64,000 bases of DNA from an uncultured Actinomycetes bacterium (GTDB lineage Bacteria; Actinomycetota; UBA4738; HRBIN12). Positions 19,986 through 29,488 of the stretch are shown here, piece after piece. A program made the position numbers and the translations under genes. Within the stretch, counting starts at the first letter, position 1. Each line of letters opens with the position of its first letter. The notes beneath the pieces are model-generated. The model saw only the letters and a list, made by a program, of their open reading frames with translations. It was not told where the DNA came from and searched no databases. Location: positions 1,184,001 to 1,248,000 of the forward strand of contig OY969934.1 of the NCBI GenBank assembly GCA_963704725.1, given 5' to 3'.

Positions 19986-20854
19986 GCTCCTTCCCCACCG
20001 TCCGGGCCGCCGGAGGACTCGTCCTCCGCGGCGACGCAGAGGCGCGGGAGGTCGCCGTCGTGCACCGGCCCAAGTACGACGACTGGAGCTTCCCCAAGGG
20101 CAAGCTCCTGGACGGCGAGCCCGAGGAGGTGGCGGCGCTCCGCGAGGTGCAGGAGGAGACCGGGCTTCGATGCCGCCTCGGGGCGCCGGTCGGTGCGGTG
20201 ACCTACGCCGACCGCAACGGGCGGCCCAAGATCGTCCGCTACTGGGTGATGACGCCGGAGGGGGGAGCGTTCGAGCCCGGCGACGAGGTCGACGAGCTCC
20301 GCTGGATGCGGCTGGACGAGGCCGAGGGCATCCTGACCTATCGGCACGACCGGGACCTGCTGCAGGCCGTGATCGTGCCGGGGACGCAGCCGCCGATCTA
20401 CGTCGTGCGTCACGCCAAGGCCGGCCTGCGGACCAGATGGAGCGGTCCGGACGAGGCGCGTCCGCTCACGCGGCGAGGCCGGCGCCAGGCGCGGCGCCTC
20501 GTCGAGCGGTTCCGCGGGCTCGACATCGACCGGATCGTCTCGAGCCCGTTCGATCGGTGCGTCCAATCGGTCGAGCCGCTGGCGAGGGCGCGCGGGCTGG
20601 AGCTCGAGACGGCGCCGGAGCTCGGCGAGGGCCGCGAGCTCGAGGCGGCGGTCGCGCTGATCCGCTCGCTGCCGCCGATGTCGACGGTGATCTGCGGACA
20701 CGGACGAGAGATCGAGGGCCTGGTGCGGACGTTCGAGGGCGGCGGGGCCGAGGTGGAGGGCCGGCGCGGCATCGCCAAGGGGTCCGTGTGGGTGCTCGAG
20801 CGACGCGACGGACGCGTGACCTCGGCCCGTTACCTTCCCGCGCCGCCGGGATGA
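19982..20854 (+). CDS. mutT1: NUDIX hydrolase + histidine phosphatase fusion (MutT1-like)
   Basis: HRPKYDDWSFPKGK, Nudix box ALREVQEETG, then VRHAKAG, RPLTRRG and SSPFDRCVQS. Confidence 0.85.
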   Translation: MSSFPTVRAAGGLVLRGDAEAREVAVVHRPKYDDWSFPKGKLLDGEPEEVAALREVQEETGLRCRLGAPVGAVTYADRNGRPKIVRYWVMTPEGGAFEPGDEVDELRWMRLDEAEGILTYRHDRDLLQAVIVPGTQPPIYVVRHAKAGLRTRWSGPDEARPLTRRGRRQARRLVERFRGLDIDRIVSSPFDRCVQSVEPLARARGLELETAPELGEGRELEAAVALIRSLPPMSTVICGHGREIEGLVRTFEGGGAEVEGRRGIAKGSVWVLERRDGRVTSARYLPAPPG

Positions 20855-22413
20855 GCCCCGAGCAGGGCGCCGTCCGCGCGCCGCGGCTCGCGGTCCTCGA
20901 CCTCGGCAGCACGACCTTCCAGCTCCTGGTGGCCGACGCCGGTCCGGACGGCTCGCTCACCCCGGTGCTCCGCGACCGGGTCGTCACGAACCTCGGCCTG
21001 GTGCTCGCCGGGCGGGGCCGGATCCCCACCGACGTGGCAGAGCGGGCGGCCGAGACCGCCCGGTGGCTGAACGGCATCGCCGTCCGCACCGGCGCCGAAC
21101 GGGTTCTGCCCATCGCCACGAGCGCGCTGCGGGACAGCCCCAACCGCAAGGAGCTCGCGACGCTCCTGCACGACGCCGTGGGCCGGCGCGTCCGGTTCAT
21201 CGACGGACGGGAGGAGGCCCGTCTCACCTACACCGGCGTCGCGGCGAGCGTGGCGATCGGCGCCGGATCGACCCTGCTGCTCGATCTCGGAGGCGGCAGC
21301 CTCGAGGTCGCGCTGGCCGACGAGGGAGGCCTGCGGTGGGGGACCAGCCTTCCCGTCGGCGCCGGGCGCCTCACCGGGCAGCTCGTTCGGCACGACCCGC
21401 CCACCCGCGCCGAGCGCAAGCAGATCCGCACGGCCGTCGAGGACGCCGTCTCGCGCATCGCCGGCGACGTCGAGGCGGCGCGGCCGCGCCGGTGCATCGC
21501 GAGCGGCGGCACGGCCGGGGCACTGGCGAGGTTGATCTCGGCGCGCCGGTGGCCTTCCCCGCCCGCGTCCCTGAACCAGTTCGTCGTGACGGTCGAGGAG
21601 CTGCGCGAGCTCACCCGGGAGCTCTCGGGGCTCACGCTCGCCGAGCGCCTCCGCCTGCCGGGCATCGACGAGCGCCGGGCCGAGCTGCTGCCCGCCGGAG
21701 GATGGATCCTCACCGCCGCGGCCGGTGCGCTCGGCGCGTCCGAGCTCGTCCACTCGGAGTGGGGGCTGCGCGAGGGCGCCGTCCTGAACGAGCTGGGACT
21801 GGCCGATCGGCCCGCGCCCGACCCCTCGGACCTGCGGCGGCGCTCCGTGCAGCGGCTCGTCCGGGCGTGGGGCGAGGACCCGGCGCACGTCGGGCTCGTG
21901 GCCCGGATCGCCGGCCGGCTGTTCGACGAGACCGCAGACCTCCACCGGCTCGGCCCGGTAGAGCGCGGATGGCTGGAGCACGCCGCGTGGCTCCACGAGA
22001 TCGGCACCACCATCTCGCCGGCCCGCTTCCACAAGCACGGGGCCTACCTGGTCGAGCACGGCGGGCTCCGCGGCTTCGCGCCGCACGAGATCGCGGCGAT
22101 CGCGTCCATCGTGCGGTTCCAGCGCGGCAAGGACCCCCGGCCCGTCTATCCGGCGTTCGCGGCGCTCACCGACGTCCAGCGCGACGCGTGCATCGCGCTG
22201 ACCGGGATGCTGCGGCTCGCGCACGCGATCGCGCGGGGTCCGGAGGACGAGGCCCTCGACGTCTCGGTGAAGGCCCGGGACGGCCGGCTGCGGATCCGGG
22301 TCCGCGGCTCGACGAACCCGGACGCCGCGGTGTCGGAGGCCCGGCTCTCGGCGGCGCTGCTCGAGCGCGCGCTCGATCGCGACGCGGAGATCGAGGCCGC
22401 TCCCACGGTCTAG
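20851..22413 (+). CDS. ppx: Ppx/GppA family exopolyphosphatase
   Basis: VLDLGSTT, ATSALRD, EEARLTY, DLGGGSLE, GLREG, plus an HD-like C-terminal domain (LHEIG). Confidence 0.88.
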   Translation: MSPEQGAVRAPRLAVLDLGSTTFQLLVADAGPDGSLTPVLRDRVVTNLGLVLAGRGRIPTDVAERAAETARWLNGIAVRTGAERVLPIATSALRDSPNRKELATLLHDAVGRRVRFIDGREEARLTYTGVAASVAIGAGSTLLLDLGGGSLEVALADEGGLRWGTSLPVGAGRLTGQLVRHDPPTRAERKQIRTAVEDAVSRIAGDVEAARPRRCIASGGTAGALARLISARRWPSPPASLNQFVVTVEELRELTRELSGLTLAERLRLPGIDERRAELLPAGGWILTAAAGALGASELVHSEWGLREGAVLNELGLADRPAPDPSDLRRRSVQRLVRAWGEDPAHVGLVARIAGRLFDETADLHRLGPVERGWLEHAAWLHEIGTTISPARFHKHGAYLVEHGGLRGFAPHEIAAIASIVRFQRGKDPRPVYPAFAALTDVQRDACIALTGMLRLAHAIARGPEDEALDVSVKARDGRLRIRVRGSTNPDAAVSEARLSAALLERALDRDAEIEAAPTV

Positions 22414-23183
22414 CTCTCCTCGGGGCCGAGGTCGGAGATCCAGCTTGCGATCTGCGTGGTGCGCGCGAACGCGATCGATTCGTACAGGCGGGCGGCGGGG
22501 CCGTCGGGTTCGGCGAGCAGGTACGTGCGCTCGGCGCCCGCGGCGGCGGCCTCGGCCACGGCGCGAAGGGTCAGGGCGCGGGCGAACCCCCGCCGGCGCG
22601 ACCGGGGGAACGTGACGACGTGGTCCACGTATCCCACGCCCTCCAGGACGAGGAGGGCGGCGAGCGCCTCGAGCCCGGCCTCGCCGCGCACGCCGAACCA
22701 GCGACGGCCGGCCGGGACGAGGACGTCGCGCTCGATCGCCTGGAGCTGGTCCACGACCCGTGGGTCCGTGACGTCGAACCACCGCAGCGACTCCCGGTGC
22801 GCGCCCCAGAAGGCGTCGTCGAGCGGGTCGAGCTCGGCCGCCGCGCCTTCGCCGGGGTCGGCGCCGCCCCGATGCTCCATCACCAGGTCCCACACGAGCC
22901 GCTCGCCGCGCGAGCTGGCCTCGACGAGGAGCTCGGTCTGCCGCTCCGGCAAGAACACCACGACGTGGGCCCGGCGGCAGCGGGCGCGCCGCATCCCCGG
23001 CACCAGCAGCTCCTCGACCTCGGACAGCCGGACGGCCTGCGCCGTCTCCACCCGGGCGTAGTTCGGCTCCTGGATGCTCGGGTAGCGGGGGTCGGAGACG
23101 ACGGCGCCCCACCACGACTGCTCGACGCGGTCGAACAGATCGTCCTGCGCCCGCCAGAAGCGCATCAGCGGCTCGAGATCCAC
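22410..23183 (-). CDS. GNAT family N-acetyltransferase
   Basis: VVTFPRSRRRGFA acetyl-CoA motif A and ARLYESIAF. Confidence 0.8.
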   Translation of the reverse strand: MDLEPLMRFWRAQDDLFDRVEQSWWGAVVSDPRYPSIQEPNYARVETAQAVRLSEVEELLVPGMRRARCRRAHVVVFLPERQTELLVEASSRGERLVWDLVMEHRGGADPGEGAAAELDPLDDAFWGAHRESLRWFDVTDPRVVDQLQAIERDVLVPAGRRWFGVRGEAGLEALAALLVLEGVGYVDHVVTFPRSRRRGFARALTLRAVAEAAAAGAERTYLLAEPDGPAARLYESIAFARTTQIASWISDLGPEES

Positions 23184-23252
23184 GGCCCGTCATGTTCGCA
23201 GGACGCCGGGGCGGGAGTCCCCGCCCCCCGCCTGCGCTAGGCTCCGGCCGCC

Positions 23253-24224
23253 GTGATCACGAGCCGCGTGTACCGGGGCGGCAAGCTCGAGGAGGAGTCG
23301 GGGTTCGACCCCTCGGCGTTCGAGGCGTGCCGGGCCTCGGGCGAGCATCGCATGTGGATCGACGTCGTCGAACCCTCCGAGGAGGAGCTCGCCCTGCTCC
23401 AGGGCACGCTCGGGCTCCACGAGCTCTCGGTCGAGGACAGCCGTCGCTGGGGTCAGCGCCCCAAGGTCGAGTTCTACCCCGACTACGTCTTCGTCGTCCT
23501 GCACAGCCTGCGGATGCAGGACGACGACGACCTGGTCGACTCCGAGCTCCACCTGTTCGCGGGCCAGAAGTTCTACCTGCTCACGATCCGCCGACGGCCG
23601 CTGTTCGACTTCGAGCAGGCGGTGACGCGGGCCGGACGGGACACGGGCATCGTCCACGAGGGGATCGGGTTCCAGCTCTACCTGCTGCTCGACGAGGTCG
23701 TCGACGGATACCTCGACGTCATCGACCGGCTCGAGGACCTGTCCGACGACGTCGAGGAGCGGGTGTTCCGCGAGGAGGAGGCCGACGAGCTGCAGGAGCA
23801 GGTGTTCCGGCTCAAGCGCAAGGTCGTCCGCTTCCGGCGCGCCGTCGCTCCGATGCGCGAGGTGCTCGACCTGGTCGCCGAGCAGGGCGACGTTGTCACA
23901 CCGCAGCTCGCCCCGTACTACCGCGACGTCCAGGACCATGTGATCCGGGCGATCGAGCTCACCGACAACATCCGCGAGCTCCTCACCTCGGCGCTCGAGA
24001 CGCGGCTCGTCCAGACGTCGAACCGCCTCAACGTGGTGATGAAGCACCTGTCCGGATGGGCCGCGATCATCCTCGTCCCCACGCTGATCGCGGGCATCTA
24101 CGGCATGAACTTCGGCCACATGCCCGAGCTCGACTGGAGGCTCGGGTACCCGTTCGCGCTCGCGATGATGGTCGTCTCGGCGGTCGTGCTGTACCGCGTC
24201 TTCAAGAAGCGGGACTGGCTGTAG
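23253..24224 (+). CDS. corA: Magnesium/cobalt transporter CorA
   Basis: QRPKVEFY, YYRDVQDH, PTLIAGIYGMNF, MPELDW..GYP, FKKRDWL. Confidence 0.95.
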   Translation: MITSRVYRGGKLEEESGFDPSAFEACRASGEHRMWIDVVEPSEEELALLQGTLGLHELSVEDSRRWGQRPKVEFYPDYVFVVLHSLRMQDDDDLVDSELHLFAGQKFYLLTIRRRPLFDFEQAVTRAGRDTGIVHEGIGFQLYLLLDEVVDGYLDVIDRLEDLSDDVEERVFREEEADELQEQVFRLKRKVVRFRRAVAPMREVLDLVAEQGDVVTPQLAPYYRDVQDHVIRAIELTDNIRELLTSALETRLVQTSNRLNVVMKHLSGWAAIILVPTLIAGIYGMNFGHMPELDWRLGYPFALAMMVVSAVVLYRVFKKRDWL

Positions 24225-24226
24225 CG

Positions 24227-24556
24227 GTGTGCCGGGCGCTCAAGGTGCTGTGTGTGGCGGAGGACGCCGCGTTGCTCGCGGCGCTGAAGCGCGCCGCGGT
24301 GTCGGCGGGGTGGGAGCTCACGCCGGGGGCCGCCTCCGAGGGGGAGGCGCTCCGCCAGCTCCACGAGGAGCGCCCGCTGGTCGTGGTGGTGTTCGGGGCG
24401 TTCGAGGCGTTCGTGGGCACGGCCCTGGACGCCTATCCCAACCTCCGCGTCGTGGCGGACCGGGACCTGCCCGGGGCGAGCGCCGTCGTGGGGTCGCTCG
24501 AGGACGTCCGGGACGCCGTCGTCTCGCGCCCGCGCCCGGGCGGTCCGGTCCGCTGA
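24227..24556 (+). CDS. Small receiver-like (pseudo-receiver) protein
   Basis: LKVLCVAED...EALRQLHEERPLVVVV resembles REC beta1-beta3, but the phospho-Asp is not evident. Confidence 0.5.
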   Translation: MCRALKVLCVAEDAALLAALKRAAVSAGWELTPGAASEGEALRQLHEERPLVVVVFGAFEAFVGTALDAYPNLRVVADRDLPGASAVVGSLEDVRDAVVSRPRPGGPVR

Positions 24557-24566
24557 TCGGGTTCCC

Positions 24567-25007
24567 TCAGGCGCACCCGGCCCAGGCGCTCCACGACCCC
24601 GAGGCGGCCGCCATGCGGATCGACACGATGGCGTTGGCGCGGCCGTTGAACACCGATCGGTCGGGCTGGCCCCAGCGGTCGGCGCGATCGGGCCAGTACG
24701 GCTGCGCCTGCTGGAAGAGCCCCGCGTACCCGTTGGGGTTGTAGGCCTCGGGTCGGAGCTCCGACTCGCACGCCGCGACGGCGACCGCGTGCGCCGGACT
24801 CCCGGGGCTGTCCCACCGGGCCGCCACGCATCGGATCAGCTGCTTGATCTGCCAGGTGCCCCGCCGCCAGTCGTAGTCGCAGACCCTGCCGGGGACCCGA
24901 GGCGCGGCGCCGGCCGTCCCGATCGTCGCCGGGAACAGGAGCGCCGCGATGAGCGCCGCGAGCAGCGCGCGGCGGATGTGGATGGCTCGAACCATGATGC
25001 GTCTCAC
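24567..25007 (-). CDS. Secreted lysozyme-like (SLT/Rpf-like) transglycosylase
   Basis: Signal peptide, catalytic-type VAACES, AGLFQ, and C-terminal WSAWAGC. Alternative start at ATG 24995. Confidence 0.7.
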   Translation of the reverse strand: MRRIMVRAIHIRRALLAALIAALLFPATIGTAGAAPRVPGRVCDYDWRRGTWQIKQLIRCVAARWDSPGSPAHAVAVAACESELRPEAYNPNGYAGLFQQAQPYWPDRADRWGQPDRSVFNGRANAIVSIRMAAASGSWSAWAGCA

Positions 25008-25258
25008 CCCCGCGATGGGCTCCGGCCGGCTGCCGGGCCCGCGCCGGTCCGGCGTGCGCCGGACCCGCTCGCGTCAGGTCGTGGGTGCCCGATCACCTCC
25101 TTCGGTCTCGGTGGCTGGATCGACCTGTTGACGCGCGCGACGCGCCCGGCCCGCTCCGACTCCCTCCGGGCGCTCGGTCCGTCGCCGGACGCGCAGGACC
25201 AAGCGTGGAGGGGGAGGGAGGATCGGGCCGAACGCCCGTTCGCGTCCCGACGACCCTA
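25008..25258 (-). promoter_or_regulatory. Candidate long structured 5' leader of the SLT/Rpf-like gene
   Basis: -10-like TAGGGT at 25253-25258 (minus strand); hairpins at 25229-25242 and 25046-25065; complementarity between 25213-25228 and 25087-25103. Confidence 0.4.
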
Positions 25259-25348
25259 GCGGGCGCCGGTGACGATCGGCAATGCACTCCCGTGCAACGT
25301 GTTCGAGTCGGTCGGCGGGCTCCCGGCGGCGCCTCGTACGATGGGGTG

Positions 25349-26269
25349 GTGGCACACAAGGTCCTGCTGGCGGCCCCGCGCGGCTACTGCGCCGGCGTCG
25401 AGCGCGCCGTGGACGCCGTCGAGCGCGCCCTCCTCGCGCACGGCGCGCCCGTGTACGTGCGCAAGCAGATCGTGCACAACGCCCACGTCGTCCGGGACCT
25501 CGAGGCCAAGGGCGCGGTGTTCGTGGACGCGGAGTCCGAGGTGCCGGAGGGCGCGGTGGTGGTGCTGTCCGCGCACGGGGTGGCGCCCGAGGTCTACGAG
25601 AACGCCCGGGCCCGCCGGCTCACCGTGCTCGACGCCACCTGTCCGCTCGTGACGAAGGTGCATCTCGAGGCCCGCCGGTTCGCCGGCGACGCGCGGACGA
25701 TCGTGCTCATCGGCCACGCCGGGCACGAGGAGGTCGTCGGGACGACGGGCCAGGCGCCCGACCGGACGGTCCTCGTGCAGACCGTCGCCGAGGCCCGGAC
25801 GGTCGAGGTCCCCGACCCCGATCGCCTGTCCTACCTGACGCAGACGACCCTGTCGGTGGACGAGACCGACGAGATCATCGCCGCCCTCCGCGAGCGCTTC
25901 CCGGCCATCCAGAGCCCGCCCCGAGAGGACATCTGCTACGCCACCCAGAACCGCCAGGACGCGGTGAAGGAGGTGGCCCGGCGCTCCGACGTCGTCCTGG
26001 TGATCGGCTCGGACAACTCGTCGAACTCGAATCGGCTGGCCGAGGTGGCCCGCGAGCTCGGCACGCCGGCCCATCTCGTGGACGACGAGACCGAGGTCGA
26101 CCCGGCGTGGCTCGACGGCGTCGAGGTGGTCGGCCTCACCTCCGGGGCCAGCGCCCCCGACTGGCTGGTCGAGCGGATGCTCGGGTGGCTGGCCTCGCTC
26201 GGCGCGACGGAGGTCGAAGAGGTCCGCCTGGCCGAGGAGCATCTGCGCTTCTCGGACGTGCGCCTGTAG
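25349..26269 (+). CDS. ispH: 4-hydroxy-3-methylbut-2-enyl diphosphate reductase
   Basis: [61 protein letters not shown]. Confidence 0.97.
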   Translation: MAHKVLLAAPRGYCAGVERAVDAVERALLAHGAPVYVRKQIVHNAHVVRDLEAKGAVFVDAESEVPEGAVVVLSAHGVAPEVYENARARRLTVLDATCPLVTKVHLEARRFAGDARTIVLIGHAGHEEVVGTTGQAPDRTVLVQTVAEARTVEVPDPDRLSYLTQTTLSVDETDEIIAALRERFPAIQSPPREDICYATQNRQDAVKEVARRSDVVLVIGSDNSSNSNRLAEVARELGTPAHLVDDETEVDPAWLDGVEVVGLTSGASAPDWLVERMLGWLASLGATEVEEVRLAEEHLRFSDVRL

Positions 26270-26281
26270 CGGGGGGCGAGC

Positions 26282-26842
26282 TCAGCTCCAGGCCGAGAAC
26301 TGGTCGCGGTCCTCGTCGTCGGACGGGAACTGCGGCACGGCGACGAGCGTGTTCGTCGACCGGACCCCCTCGATGCGATGGATCCGATCGAGCACGACCC
26401 GGGCCGTCTCCTCCCATCCCAGGGCGATCTCGGCCAGGATGTCGTGGTCGCCGGCGACGAGCGAGATGCCGGAGATCTCGTCCATCTCCGCCAGGAGCTC
26501 GAAGACGTGACTGCTCGTCCCGGGCTCCGTCCGGATCCGGACGAACGAGGCCTCGCCCGCCCGCTGCATCGGCGCGGCGACGGCAAGCCCGCCTCCCGCG
26601 ATGCCCGACACGTGGGCCGGGACGACCGGCGTGGTCAGCGTCCGCTCCACGCCCTCGATCACGTGGATGGCTCGAAGGATGTGGTACGCGATCCCGGTGA
26701 GATCGGGGCCGTGGACCGAGGCCAGCACGTCCCAGTCGCCGACGACGGTCACCGCGCGGCGCAAGTCCTTCGTGCCGAGCAGCTGGGTGACGACGTCCTC
26801 GACCCGCCCGGGCCTCACCCGCACGTAGACGAAGGCGTCCAC
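26282..26842 (-). CDS. Tandem Lrp/AsnC ligand-binding (RAM) domain protein without HTH
   Basis: Two repeats: AFVYVRVRPG..VVGDWDVLA..IEGVERTLT and SFVRIRTEPG..VAGDHDILA..IEGVRSTNT. Confidence 0.8.
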   Translation of the reverse strand: MDAFVYVRVRPGRVEDVVTQLLGTKDLRRAVTVVGDWDVLASVHGPDLTGIAYHILRAIHVIEGVERTLTTPVVPAHVSGIAGGGLAVAAPMQRAGEASFVRIRTEPGTSSHVFELLAEMDEISGISLVAGDHDILAEIALGWEETARVVLDRIHRIEGVRSTNTLVAVPQFPSDDEDRDQFSAWS

Positions 26843-26909
26843 GTGGCGAGGCTAGGTCCGGGCGGCTTTCGGTGCAAGGACCCGCCCCGCGGCGGCGCGG
26901 CCTCTCCGG

Positions 26910-28103
26910 TCAGCCCTCGAGCGCCGGGGCGGCGATCCGGCACAGCCGCTCGAGCTCCTCGGCGCCCTCCTCGGGTCCGACGGCGATGAGGCGGTCGCCC
27001 GCCCGGAGCTGGAAGGGGCCTCGGGGCCGATAGATCCACCGGGGGCCGCGCTGGACGGCGAGCACGAACATGCCCGTCTCGGTCTCCAGCCGAAGGTCCT
27101 TCAGCGTTCGCCCGTCGGCCTGCGCGCCGCCCTCGACGAGCGTCTCCGCGCTCGTCTCCTCGGTCTCCTCCAGCGCCATCTGCACCACGGGGTGCAGCGG
27201 CTCGCCCTGCTCCACGTACCACGTCATGTCGCGCGCGGCGTCGCACATCGACTCGCTGGCGCTGGCCAGTCGCAGCAGGCCGCGGAGCTCGTCGGGGTGA
27301 CGGGCCTCCGGCGCCGACCGCAGCACCCACGACTCGAGCTCGTCGTGCAGCGCGTCGCTGCGCTCCTCGAGCGCCGCGACCTCGGCGGCGAGCGAGCGGT
27401 TGTTGAACAGCAGCGTCGAGTACGCGAGCCCAACCGCCGCCTCCGACAGGTCCTTGAGCTCGACCAGCAGGTCGACCGCCCGGTCGAGCTCGGACAGGGG
27501 TGGGAGCTCGTCCTCCGGAGGCTCCGGCAGCACCGGAGCGCCGGCGAGCTCCCGGACCAGGTTCACGCCCTCCTCCGGGCCCCGCACCAGCAGGACGTCG
27601 CGCTCGGTGACGACGTCGTCGGGGCCGGGGTCGAACTGCCAGTCGATCCCGCTGCGGATGGCCATCACCCACATGCCGGTTTCGGTGGGCAGCGACAGGT
27701 CGCGCAGCGACTGCCCGATCATCGTGGAGCCCTCGCGAACCTTCACGCGCGCGGTCATCTCGTCGGCGTGGCGGAGGTCCCGGCGCAGCGCGTCCGGGAT
27801 GCCGAGCTTGGCCTCGACGACCCGGCCGATGTCGGACGCCGCGTCGCCGATCTTCTCGATGGCGTCGGCGATCCACAGCACGCCGGCCATGCCCTCGGCG
27901 TCCTCGGGGGAGCGGGCGGCCAGCATGGCCATCATGCGGAGACGGCGGAGGTAGTCGTTCAACCGTTCCTCGAGGCGCTCGACCTCGCGGGCGAGCTTGC
28001 CCTCGTCGAAGAACACGGCCGCGTACGCCAGGTCGACCATCAGCTCGGAGGCGTCCTTGGCTTCGACCAGGAGGTCCTTGACGCTCTTCGGTTGGTCATC
28101 CAT
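26910..28103 (-). CDS. Tandem (PhoU + TrkA-C/RCK_C)x2 protein
   Basis: Repeats LLVEAKDASELMVDLAYAA / LLVELKDLSEAAVGLAYST and LSLPTETGMWVMAIR / LRLETETGMFVLAVQR. Confidence 0.8.
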   Translation of the reverse strand: MDDQPKSVKDLLVEAKDASELMVDLAYAAVFFDEGKLAREVERLEERLNDYLRRLRMMAMLAARSPEDAEGMAGVLWIADAIEKIGDAASDIGRVVEAKLGIPDALRRDLRHADEMTARVKVREGSTMIGQSLRDLSLPTETGMWVMAIRSGIDWQFDPGPDDVVTERDVLLVRGPEEGVNLVRELAGAPVLPEPPEDELPPLSELDRAVDLLVELKDLSEAAVGLAYSTLLFNNRSLAAEVAALEERSDALHDELESWVLRSAPEARHPDELRGLLRLASASESMCDAARDMTWYVEQGEPLHPVVQMALEETEETSAETLVEGGAQADGRTLKDLRLETETGMFVLAVQRGPRWIYRPRGPFQLRAGDRLIAVGPEEGAEELERLCRIAAPALEG

Positions 28104-28254
28104 GCAGGCTCACCCCCGATACTGCCATACCGGGGACGAAGGCGACGACGCCCGCCGCCCGGGCCGGGCGGTTGAGGCCACATCGACCGCGAGGGATACT
28201 GCCCCGGGCCCGACGGGCCCGTTGCGAGGGAGACCGATCGATGGCGGGTGCCAG

Positions 28255-29475
28255 ATGCGGCCGAAGGTGGGGCGTGTCCTCGCCCACTGGCGGGCGGAGC
28301 GCCGCACGATCCGCCAGGGGTTCGTCGCGCTCGTCATCGCCGACCTGGGCAGCCTGGTCGCCGGGCTCGTCCTCGGCTCGATAACCCACCGCCTCGAGGC
28401 CCTCCCGAGCCTCATGGTCATGATCCCCGCCGCCATCGGCATGCGCGGGAACATCTTCGGCGCGCTCGGCTCCCGGCTCGGCACCAGCATCCACTCGGGC
28501 GCATACCAGCCGAGCCGGGAGCGCGGGGGGCTCCTGTACCAGAACGCGTACGCGGTCAGCGCCCTCACGCTCGCCGTGTCGCTGTCCCTCGGCGTCCTGG
28601 CCGAGACGTTCTCCGTCGCGTTCGGGTTGCGGTCCATCTCGCTCGTGGACTTCGTCGTCATCTCGATCATCGGGGGCGTGCTGTCGAGCGTCGTGGTCGG
28701 GATGTTCACCCTCGCCCTGTCCCGGCGGGCGTTCCGCAGGGGTTGGGACCTCGACAGCGTCGCGGCGCCGCTCGTCACCGCGGCGGGAGACATGGTGACG
28801 CTCCCGTCCCTGTTCGTCGCGACGTTCCTCGTGGGCATCCCCTGGGTCACGCCGGCGATCGCGATCCTGGCGGCGATCGTCACCGTCGTGTTCACCGCCC
28901 GAAGCCTGGTCACCGATCTGCCGCTCACCCGCCGCGTGATGCGCGAGAGCATCCCGATCCTGCTCGTGGCGGGATCCGTCGACATCATCGCCGGCCTGGT
29001 GGTCGAGTCGCGCCTCGACCGGTTCCTCGTGTACCCGGCCCTGCTCGTCCTTGTGCCGCCGTTCCTGGAGAGCGCCGGCGCCCTCGGCGGGATCCTGTCG
29101 GCACGCCTGTCTTCGAAGCTCCACCTCGGCGTCCTCACGCCTCGAGGGCGGCCCGAGGCCGCGGCGCTCCTCGACGCCTCGATCATCTTCCTGTTCGCGT
29201 TGCGATCGTTCACGGTCGTGGCGATCACGGCGACGATCAGCTCGGCCATCGTCGGCCTGGCGAGCCCCGGCGTGCTCGAGATGATCGGGATCAGCCTGCT
29301 CGCGGGTCTCATGGCGACGATCCTCGCGGTCGCGGTCGCCTACTACACGGCCATGGCCACGTACCGGGTGGGCCTGGATCCCGACAACCACGGCGTCGCC
29401 ATGATCACAAGCTCGATGGACCTCGTCGGGGTCCTGTGCCTCGTCGTCGCGCTGCTGGCGTTCGGCGTGGGGTGA
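28255..29475 (+). CDS. MgtE/SLC41-like divalent cation transporter (two internal TM repeats), paralogue A
   Basis: PAAIGMRGNIFGALGSRL..GWDLDSVAAPLVTAAGD and PPFLESAGALGGILSARL..GLDPDN..ITSSMD. Confidence 0.82.
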   Translation: MRPKVGRVLAHWRAERRTIRQGFVALVIADLGSLVAGLVLGSITHRLEALPSLMVMIPAAIGMRGNIFGALGSRLGTSIHSGAYQPSRERGGLLYQNAYAVSALTLAVSLSLGVLAETFSVAFGLRSISLVDFVVISIIGGVLSSVVVGMFTLALSRRAFRRGWDLDSVAAPLVTAAGDMVTLPSLFVATFLVGIPWVTPAIAILAAIVTVVFTARSLVTDLPLTRRVMRESIPILLVAGSVDIIAGLVVESRLDRFLVYPALLVLVPPFLESAGALGGILSARLSSKLHLGVLTPRGRPEAAALLDASIIFLFALRSFTVVAITATISSAIVGLASPGVLEMIGISLLAGLMATILAVAVAYYTAMATYRVGLDPDNHGVAMITSSMDLVGVLCLVVALLAFGVG

Positions 29476-29488
29476 GCGCGGAGGCGTC

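Noticed and set aside
25087-25103. AAGGAGGTGATC as a 16S rRNA 3'-end fragment
   Set aside because: The match is only ~12 nt with no flanking rRNA-like sequence; treated as an SD-like element instead.
25008-25258. c-di-AMP (ydaO) riboswitch or 6C RNA
   Set aside because: The context fits, but I cannot find the conserved ydaO segments or the twin C-loop hairpins of 6C.
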